Source of the DNA: Calditrichota bacterium
Lineage (GTDB): Bacteria > Zhuqueibacterota > JdFR-76 > BMS3Abin05
Direction: 5' to 3'
Assembly: GCA_013151735.1 (NCBI GenBank)
Contig: JAADHR010000131.1
Location: 1 to 24,355, forward strand
Length of the DNA: 24,355 nucleotides
Each line of letters begins with the position of its first letter. Positions within the stretch are counted from its first letter, which is position 1. The position numbers were made by a program, and so were the translations under genes. Below are positions 1 to 6,848 of this stretch, one piece after another. Under the pieces are notes generated by a model. It saw only the letters and a program-made list of their open reading frames with translations. It did no database searches and had not been told where the DNA came from.

Positions 1-457
1 TAGAATATTCTGAATTGATTATTCGAATTCTTAAAGATCTAATATCTTTGCACAAAAACCCCGGCAGAACCAAAAGGGTTTACCAATCCGTATATGAGAG
101 CGCCGTCAGGTGCGAGATGTTTGTAGAATAGGGTGCCTCATTAATTTAAGTGCCGTAGATACGAAAGGTTCACTAACCTGCATGATTCACAAATTTTCGC
201 CATAAAGGCCCTAAGTCACAAAGGTTATTTTAAATAAAATAATTAGCCCGTTGAAACTCAGTTCGTTTGGTATGGTTTTCTGTTTTAATAACTCGCTGGT
301 TATCTTTTTATTAATAATACATTGTGAGCAAAATGCCCGCAAAAATTCCAGGTGAATCGTTTTACAAAACCTGCAGCAGCAGAAATTTTGATTCCCAAAG
401 GCTAACTTTTTGGTAAGTTCTTCGTCAAAATAAACAGAACTGAATAATGAGGCAGGG

Positions 458-1024
458 TTGAGCGAATCTGATTTAATTGTACGCGCACAAAAGGGCGAGA
501 TTCAGGCGTTTGAAATGCTTGTCCGTTCTTATGATCGTAAGGTACTCGGTTTTGCCCTTCGACTTCTGAAAAACGCCGAAGATGCCCGGGATGCCTATCA
601 GGACATCTTCCTAAAGGCGTTTCAGGCGCTGCCCGCTTTCAGGGGGAAAAGTCACTTTTCAACCTGGCTTTATCAGATTGCCTATCACACGTGCGTGAAT
701 TACCTGCGGAAACGCGGTCGGATAAATGGAATCTCATTTTTTTCTGAAGAGGACGCGGGCAGCGATGTTTCTGTTCAGAAAGACAAACACGGACTCAATC
801 CGGAAGAGGAACTGCTTCAAAAAGAAATGATAGAGGAGATTGAACGAATCGTTCAGACCTTTTCGCCAAAACTGCAGGGTGTATTCCATCTGCGGTACCA
901 GAACGGACTTCCGCTGAAGGAAATTAGTGCCATTACCGGGCTGTCTTTACCGGCCGTCAAACATGCGTTGTTTCGCATGCACGAAAAATTCAGGCGCAAT
1001 TTGAGGGCATACTTAACCGAGTAA
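458..1024 (+). CDS. ECF-family RNA polymerase sigma-70 factor (RpoE-like), TTG start
   Basis: Region 2 motifs DAYQDIFLKAF and FSTWLYQIAYHTCVNYLRKR are present, as is the region 4 HTH LKEISAITGLSLPAVKHALFRMHEKFR. The 188-aa size is typical of ECF sigma factors. GAGG lies 6 nt upstream of the TTG start, and the stop is 8 nt before the next gene. Confidence 0.88.
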   Translation: MSESDLIVRAQKGEIQAFEMLVRSYDRKVLGFALRLLKNAEDARDAYQDIFLKAFQALPAFRGKSHFSTWLYQIAYHTCVNYLRKRGRINGISFFSEEDAGSDVSVQKDKHGLNPEEELLQKEMIEEIERIVQTFSPKLQGVFHLRYQNGLPLKEISAITGLSLPAVKHALFRMHEKFRRNLRAYLTE

Positions 1025-1032
1025 GGAGAAAG

Positions 1033-2016
1033 ATGAACGCGTGTAAAAAAATTCAATCGATCATTCCCGATTACGTTTCAGGGGATTTGCCCGCCGCTCA
1101 GAAAAAGCGGGTAGACGAGCACATTCGCAGCTGTTCTGCCTGCCGGACGGCATTGGAACAGGAAAAGAAACTTGCGGCCGTGCTCGGGAAAAGCAAAGCG
1201 GCCGTGCCGGAGAGTTTTTTGCAGGAGAATCGCGAACGGCTTCATGCCCGCCTCTTACAGGCAAATCAAAAACGAAAACGAATTTCCGGCTCAGAAAAGC
1301 CCTTTTGGAGAATAAGATCCCTGACGATTTTATACCGGGTTGCGGCTGTTGCTGTGGTTTTTGTGGCGGGTGTCTGGTTGGGTACTCATCTGGGTACCTG
1401 GTTTGGTTGGTTTGGTTATCCCCCGCCATTGGAAACAACCGGCACGAGCCTATCAAGTGGAGGACTGCATCTGGCGAATTGGAATCCCCGGAAAGAAAGC
1501 GTGCGCATTTTAAATTTTGATCCGAAAACACAAACGGTTACCTTTGAGGTCGAGGAAAACCGCCGGTTAATTCTGAAAAAAAATGTGAACGATCCCCAGC
1601 TGCAGCAGATGGTGGCGTCTGTTCTTCGGCCTGCTTCACAGGATGGACAGCGGCTTCGGGCGATTCGCATTCTTAATCAAACCGGGAGGGTGCTTTCAAA
1701 AGAAAAAAATCTTTCGGAAGATGTTGTTCGTGCCATTTGCTGGGCCGCCAGAAGGGATGCCAATCCGGGTGTCCGGCTGAAGGCCATCCGTACACTGGGT
1801 CATCTCAGTGCGGATTCACTGGCCAAAGGGACATTGATGGCGATCCTTCAAAATGATTCGATCCCGGCCATTCGCTATGAGGCTCTAAATGCTCTGATCG
1901 GCGAGCCTTCGGACAATGTGGAACCCATTCTCAAAATGCTGGTCCGGGAGGATTCAAGCAGTGTGCTGCGCATGCGGGCGGAAAATGCCCTGCGAAAAAT
2001 CGAGCGCAGAGAGTGA
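1033..2016 (+). CDS. anti-sigma factor with N-terminal zinc-finger (ZAS-type HxxxCxxC), one TM helix and C-terminal HEAT-like repeats
   Basis: Strong SD (AAGGAGAAAG) precedes the ATG, and the gene is coupled to the upstream sigma gene. The motif H-IRS-CSAC matches HxxxCxxC. A hydrophobic segment LTILYRVAAVAVVFVAGVWLG follows. The C-terminus has repeated LRAIRILNQTG / RLKAIRTLGHL / AIRYEALNALIG / LRMRAENALRKI units resembling PBS-lyase HEAT repeats. Confidence 0.7.
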   Translation: MNACKKIQSIIPDYVSGDLPAAQKKRVDEHIRSCSACRTALEQEKKLAAVLGKSKAAVPESFLQENRERLHARLLQANQKRKRISGSEKPFWRIRSLTILYRVAAVAVVFVAGVWLGTHLGTWFGWFGYPPPLETTGTSLSSGGLHLANWNPRKESVRILNFDPKTQTVTFEVEENRRLILKKNVNDPQLQQMVASVLRPASQDGQRLRAIRILNQTGRVLSKEKNLSEDVVRAICWAARRDANPGVRLKAIRTLGHLSADSLAKGTLMAILQNDSIPAIRYEALNALIGEPSDNVEPILKMLVREDSSSVLRMRAENALRKIERRE

Positions 2017-2121
2017 AAAGAATGAGCCGTGAATACGTGACTGATTATTTTTCATAGGTGTTGAAATTCTATTTCTTCCTAATTTTTACGAATAACGAGA
2101 TGGAAAAGAAAGGATGGTTTT

Positions 2122-3432
2122 ATGAGAAGAAAGGTCTCGGTAGAATTTGTCGCAGTTTCACTCATGCTTTTGTTCATGGTTACCCATGCCATGGCTCAGG
2201 AAAAACTTTATCGAAAGGGGCCTTATTTTATAGGCGAAATCACCAAGACCCTTTCTGCAGGGAGAGCGGGCATTCTGGACATTCGGAATAAAAAGGGGGA
2301 CATCACCGTAAAGGGGTGGGATCAACCCAGGGTTCGCATTCAGCAGAAAGTTAAAATGGATGTGATAACGAAATCAGAAGCACAAAAGGGATTTGAATTG
2401 GTGAAAAATTCACTGCATGTGTCCGGGAAACGGATTCTTGTGGACGGGCAAGACTTCCGGTCGTGGATGCGGGTGGATTTTGTTGTGATGGTACCGAGGG
2501 CGTTTAATGTAAACCTGAGGACCAGCGGGGGGGATTTAATCCTTACGAGGCTGAAGGGGAGTGAAGAACTCACGACCAGCGGCGGTGATATTGAAATCCG
2601 TCATGCAGAGGGACAAATTCAAGCCAGAACGTCCGGAGGGGATATTTTGGTAAGAGAAGCCAAAGGGACGCTTGCGCTGGCAACCTCTGGCGGCGATTTG
2701 GAACTCAGCGCAATTACAGGGGTACTGAGTGCGTCGACCTCTGGCGGCGATATTCGTCTGAAAAACTGCGGGGACAGAATTGCGGTGGCAACTTCTGGCG
2801 GGGATATTCAAATCGTAAATACGCGGGGGTATATGAATGCACGAACCTCGGGCGGGAATATTGATGTGAGAGATGCCAATGGACCCTTGCACATCACGAC
2901 GTCGGGCGGTGACATTCAGGCGGTCCGGGTCAGCGGAAATGTGACGGCCAAGACTTCCGGGGGCGACATCGGGATTGAGGATGTTTTAAAACGCGCAACG
3001 GCCATAACCTCCGGCGGGGATATTTCCTTGATGAATATAGGGGATGCGGTAGTTGCCAAAACCTCCGGAGGTGACATAGACATAAAAAATGCAGGGAGCT
3101 CCGTGAATGCAGTCACTTCCGGCGGGAATATCAGCGTTAATATGAACCCCCGCAATTTCAAAACCGATCACCATGCCAAAATCATTTCCTCCGGGGGCGA
3201 TTTGGAGCTGAGTTTGCCTGCAAAGCTCCCGGCATCCATCCATGCCGTTATTCGGATTGAGCACAAATTGTTGCAATCCTATTCCATTACATCTGACTTT
3301 CCGCTTCAGATTCAAAAAAGGGATGAAAAGGGGTGGATTAAACTCATTGAGGCAACCGGCGATATTAACGGCGGCGGAGATAAAATTGAATTGAAAACCG
3401 TTAATGGAAATATTGTGATCAAAAAGAGATGA
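2122..3432 (+). CDS. secreted DUF4097-like putative adhesin / beta-helix protein built from ~13 tandem 18-aa TSGGDI repeats
   Basis: The signal peptide MRRKVSVEFVAVSLMLLFMVTHAMA ends in an AxA site. Twelve consecutive units follow, each TSGG[DN][IL] plus 12 residues, for example TSGGDIEIRHAEGQIQAR. DUF4097 proteins typically sit downstream of sigma/anti-sigma pairs. Confidence 0.75.
   Translation: MRRKVSVEFVAVSLMLLFMVTHAMAQEKLYRKGPYFIGEITKTLSAGRAGILDIRNKKGDITVKGWDQPRVRIQQKVKMDVITKSEAQKGFELVKNSLHVSGKRILVDGQDFRSWMRVDFVVMVPRAFNVNLRTSGGDLILTRLKGSEELTTSGGDIEIRHAEGQIQARTSGGDILVREAKGTLALATSGGDLELSAITGVLSASTSGGDIRLKNCGDRIAVATSGGDIQIVNTRGYMNARTSGGNIDVRDANGPLHITTSGGDIQAVRVSGNVTAKTSGGDIGIEDVLKRATAITSGGDISLMNIGDAVVAKTSGGDIDIKNAGSSVNAVTSGGNISVNMNPRNFKTDHHAKIISSGGDLELSLPAKLPASIHAVIRIEHKLLQSYSITSDFPLQIQKRDEKGWIKLIEATGDINGGGDKIELKTVNGNIVIKKR
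2521..3215 (+). repeat. intragenic 54-nt tandem repeat array (12-13 units) encoding the TSGGDI beta-helix rungs
   Basis: The nucleotide-level motif acctctggcggcgat / acttccggcggggat recurs every 54 nt. The protein shows a strict 18-aa periodicity. Confidence 0.8.
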
Positions 3433-3455
3433 GCCTTATCGGAAAAGCGTTTGCC

Positions 3456-3515
3456 CACGAATTTCACGAATTCTGAACAAGCGATTTTGTTAAAATAAAA
3501 TTCGTGTCATTCGTG
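3456..3515. terminator. long imperfect inverted repeat between convergent genes, candidate bidirectional terminator
   Basis: cacgaatttcacgaatt (3456-3472) pairs with aattcgtgtcattcgtg (3499-3515). The ~17-bp stem has 2 mismatches and a 26-nt AT-rich loop. It lies between the DUF4097 stop (3432) and the Nramp stop (3543). Confidence 0.4.
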
Positions 3516-3542
3516 TAATTTGTGGGCATTAAAATAAATTCT

Positions 3543-5441
3543 TTATTTATCTACCGGGGAAGTCATTCCGCTTGTGTGAACAATCAAAACCGGGATGCTG
3601 ATTTCGTGCCGAACCTTGTCAATAGTCGCTCCGTGAACCCAATCCTCAACACCACGGTGACCATGAGCACCGACAATCAAAAGATCAAAATCATTTTCAT
3701 TAATGGCCTTGATTAATTCATTGGCCGGGTCTCCAAAAAGAAGCAGTGTCTCCACGGGTAAATCTTTCTCTTCTATTTCCCGGGCCAGGTCCTCCAGATA
3801 CGCTTCATCCTGACGGCTGTGGAGACTGGCGCTTTTATCACCGTAAACGATTGTTCCCGGAGCATCCGCAACGTGGATAAGGGTCAAACGCGAGTGATAT
3901 TTTTTGGCCATGGTGACAGCGGCAGAAACAATTTCGGCATCGCGGTCGGAATTTTCAAGCGCCACCGCAATAGTCTTGAATGAAAACGAATGAAGCCGCC
4001 GGGCAATCTTGGCGCCGGTACGCACAATCCCGCTTTCCCACTCCCGGGACACTCCAAAAAACGGGGAAAATGTGATGTAGGCCAGAACCCCCAAAATAAA
4101 AGCGGCTGCCGGAATAATCAACAGCCAGAGGAAAAATGAAGCCCCTGTAAGCCAGCGGGTGAGTTCATCCACAGCCAGTTTTATGTTCAGCACAATGATA
4201 ATGGCGGCCACCGACCAGCTCAGAAATTTCACCCAGTTTTTATTGGCAAATTCGCCCATCTTTTTCTTGTCCGATGTAAAATGAATCAAGGGAATGGTGG
4301 CGAATGGAAGCTGAAGACTTAAAATGACCTGAGACAAAATAAGCAGCCGGTAGGTTCCTTCGCTGCCGGAAATGGCAATAACCACAATAGCCGGCAAAAG
4401 GGCGATGCTGCGTGTGATCAATCGTCTGAGCCAGGGCTGAAGTCGAATGTTTAAAAACCCTTCCATTATGATTTGTCCGGTTAGGGTGCCGGTGAGAGTG
4501 GAGCTTTGTCCGGCGGCAATCAGGGCCACGGCAAAAGCGACCGGCGCAATATGAGTGCCGAGAATGGGTTTTAGCAGTTGATGAGCCTGCTGAATTTCAG
4601 TGACTACAATACCGCGGGAAAAGAAGACGGCTGCCGCCATTATCAAAATAGCCGCATTTACAAAAAAGGCCGCGTTTAATGCCACGGCTGAATCGATGAA
4701 ATTGAATTTGCAGGCTTCGGCTTTTCCGGTGTACGTATTTGAAACGGCCCGGGATTGAACCAGGGAGGAGTGCAGATAGAGGTTGTGCGGCATCACCGTG
4801 GCGCCAATAATTCCGATGGCAATGAAGAGGGCTGACGGCGGCAGGTGAGGCACAAATCCGGCCAAAATTCCTCCCCAATCCGGTTTGGCCAGAAAAATTT
4901 CAATCAGGAAGCAAGAACCAATCATCGCAATAAGGGCCACAATGAACGCTTCCATTTTTCGTACACCCAGCCGTTGAATGGCCAGAAGCAAAAACGTGTC
5001 CAACGCCGTAAGTGCAGCTCCCCAGAGCAGAGGCAATCCGAACAATAAATTCAATCCGATAATTGTTCCCAACAATTCAGCCAGGTCCGTGGCCGCTATG
5101 GCAATTTCGGCCAGAATGTACAGAAAAAAATTCAAGGGTTTGGGATATTCCCGTTTGCAGCCCTGGGCCAAATCGTACCCGGTTACAATTCCAAGTCGTG
5201 CCGAGAGGGTTTGCAAGAGGACCGCCATCATATTCGACATCAACAGAACCCAGATGAGCGTGTAGCCAAACCGGGCGCCCCCTTCAATGTCCGTTGCCCA
5301 GTTTCCGGGGTCCATGTAGCCTACGCTGACGAGATAGGCAGGACCGATAAACGCAAACAGGCGCCGAAACCATCCCCGCTTCCTGACGGGAACCAAATCT
5401 TCCGAAGAGTCTGACTTTGTCGATTGGGTTGTGAAATTCAT
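3543..5441 (-). CDS. mntH: Nramp-family divalent metal (Mn2+/Fe2+) transporter MntH fused to a C-terminal universal stress protein (UspA) domain
   Basis: The Nramp TM1 signature GYMDPGNWATDIEGG and the TM6 signature MPHNLYLHSSLV are both present, with multiple TM helices. The C-terminal ~150 aa read TIAVALENSDRD...LLIVGAHGHRGVEDWVHGATIDKVRHEISIPVLIVH, a typical UspA fold motif. AAGGA lies before the ATG. Confidence 0.85.
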   Translation of the reverse strand: MNFTTQSTKSDSSEDLVPVRKRGWFRRLFAFIGPAYLVSVGYMDPGNWATDIEGGARFGYTLIWVLLMSNMMAVLLQTLSARLGIVTGYDLAQGCKREYPKPLNFFLYILAEIAIAATDLAELLGTIIGLNLLFGLPLLWGAALTALDTFLLLAIQRLGVRKMEAFIVALIAMIGSCFLIEIFLAKPDWGGILAGFVPHLPPSALFIAIGIIGATVMPHNLYLHSSLVQSRAVSNTYTGKAEACKFNFIDSAVALNAAFFVNAAILIMAAAVFFSRGIVVTEIQQAHQLLKPILGTHIAPVAFAVALIAAGQSSTLTGTLTGQIIMEGFLNIRLQPWLRRLITRSIALLPAIVVIAISGSEGTYRLLILSQVILSLQLPFATIPLIHFTSDKKKMGEFANKNWVKFLSWSVAAIIIVLNIKLAVDELTRWLTGASFFLWLLIIPAAAFILGVLAYITFSPFFGVSREWESGIVRTGAKIARRLHSFSFKTIAVALENSDRDAEIVSAAVTMAKKYHSRLTLIHVADAPGTIVYGDKSASLHSRQDEAYLEDLAREIEEKDLPVETLLLFGDPANELIKAINENDFDLLIVGAHGHRGVEDWVHGATIDKVRHEISIPVLIVHTSGMTSPVDK

Positions 5442-5753
5442 AAGTAATCCTTTTTGTCATTTCTTCTTTGTGAAAATAAAAAATCAGGGTGTCCCTATTT
5501 ATTGGGCGGTTCAAGTTGAAGAATTATCATTAAAAATTTCAGCATTTTCAATTTGCTTAATACCTCAAAATGATTGGACTTATCCAAAAATATATTTATA
5601 TTTATCCAAAGAATTTTTCAAAATCAAGCTTTTTTATTTTTATTTGTTTTTCCTCTTGCAATAGGCGCAAGAAGGGATTATATTAAAAAAATTTATTTTG
5701 GGTCAAATCTGCCTGTATACATAAAAAAACAACCCCAATCGAGAGGAATTCCG

Positions 5754-6719
5754 ATGATTTTCTGGTATATTCTCTTAGGTCTTATCGTTTTTCTGGTGAT
5801 TTTATTTGTCATTCTTGCGAAGGCTCGTCGTCCCGATCAGTTGTTGCTCATCGAAAAACACGGCACCGTTCAGCCTTATCTGAAACGCTGGTATTTTTCG
5901 AAATCCGTGCTGGCTTTGCCGGCGACAGTAAAGACCATTTCAACGGAAGTAAAGACGCAGGCCCGCGGGAAAATTGATGTCATTATCAAACTGTCGGTAT
6001 CCTTTTTCCCCGACCCGGAACGCGCCGGAAACCTGATTCGGGTGGGAGGATGGACTCCCGATGCCGTTGACCGCGTCGCTCAAGAGCTGTCCGGGACTGT
6101 GCAGGGGCTGGTTGGGGAACTGGTGGAACCCCTTAACATCACGCAGGTGACGCGGGAGAAATTGTCTCACATGCTGCGGCAAAAGCTTCAGGCTCTGGCG
6201 CCAAGTTTTGGAATTACGGTAACCTCTGTGGTTGTTTCCGACGCGGAGGCAGCGGATCAAAAGATTGCAGACGCCATTCGAAAGCAGGAAGAAGCCCGCA
6301 TTCAGGAGGAAATGGAAAAATCGAGCCAGCGATCCCGAATTGCCACAGAAAAACTGCGTTTGGCGGCGGATGATGAAATTGAGCGCATGAAGCACAAAAT
6401 GGAAATGGAACATCTCAAATTACGGGAAATTGAGGAGCTAAAAGCGGCCGAGCTGGAACAAAAACTACTGGAAAAGGAAACCGAAAAAAAGCGTCTGACG
6501 CTGGCGTTAGAGCAGGAGGAAGCCGAACTGCTGAGCCGGCATCCGGAACTGATGATGCTTACGCCGCAGTTAACCCGATTGGTAGAGGCCAGCCAGCAGC
6601 TTAAGAGCGCGAAAACGGTTATTTCACTTTCGCCTGAAATTCAAGACGGATTACCCAGAATTTTACAGACTCTGCTGGAACTGCTTCAGTCCCGTAAGGG
6701 TCAGGAAAAGGAATCGTGA
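5754..6719 (+). CDS. SPFH/band-7 (flotillin/stomatin-like) membrane protein with C-terminal coiled coil
   Basis: GAGAGG lies 7 nt before the ATG at 5754. The longer ORF from 5574 runs through an AT-rich promoter region and is rejected. An N-terminal TM (MIFWYILLGLIVFLVILFVILA) is followed by a ~200-aa domain with SPFH-like motifs (GITVTSVVVSDAEAADQKIADAIRKQEEARIQ). The C-terminus is a charged heptad region rich in E, K and L. Confidence 0.5.
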   Translation: MIFWYILLGLIVFLVILFVILAKARRPDQLLLIEKHGTVQPYLKRWYFSKSVLALPATVKTISTEVKTQARGKIDVIIKLSVSFFPDPERAGNLIRVGGWTPDAVDRVAQELSGTVQGLVGELVEPLNITQVTREKLSHMLRQKLQALAPSFGITVTSVVVSDAEAADQKIADAIRKQEEARIQEEMEKSSQRSRIATEKLRLAADDEIERMKHKMEMEHLKLREIEELKAAELEQKLLEKETEKKRLTLALEQEEAELLSRHPELMMLTPQLTRLVEASQQLKSAKTVISLSPEIQDGLPRILQTLLELLQSRKGQEKES

Positions 6720-6789
6720 TTCAGTGAAGAATAAAAAGAGACTGCTTTCACGAGACAACAGGGGAATTGCGGCCGTTTTTCTGCACCTC

Positions 6790-6843
6790 AATCTTAATCT
6801 TAGTCTTAATTTTAATCTTAGTCTTAATTTTAATCTTAATCTT
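6790..6843. repeat. nine tandem hexamers (consensus AATCTT) organised as 2 x 18-bp higher-order units (AATCTT-AGTCTT-AATTTT), ending 5 nt before the start codon of the giant ORF
   Basis: The sequence reads aatctt aatctt agtctt aatttt aatctt agtctt aatttt aatctt aatctt. The theme continues into the first codons (atg tcc ttc tta agg). Confidence 0.95.
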
Positions 6844-6848
6844 AAACA

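Noticed and set aside
64-100. Possible ECF-type promoter (GAACC-N17-CCGTAT)
   Set aside because: The spacing is at the upper limit and it lies ~360 bp upstream of the sigma gene. Without the regulon consensus it cannot be distinguished from chance. No ORF is supported in 1-457.
2058-2291. 77-aa ORF upstream of or overlapping the DUF4097 gene start
   Set aside because: It is in a different frame overlapping a gene with a clear signal peptide, and its sequence is low-complexity.
5574-5753. N-terminal extension of the SPFH ORF as given in the ORF track (start 5574)
   Set aside because: The extension runs through a very AT-rich, low-complexity (F/I/L/K) region with no RBS. The ATG at 5754 has GAGAGG at -7 and starts with a proper TM helix.
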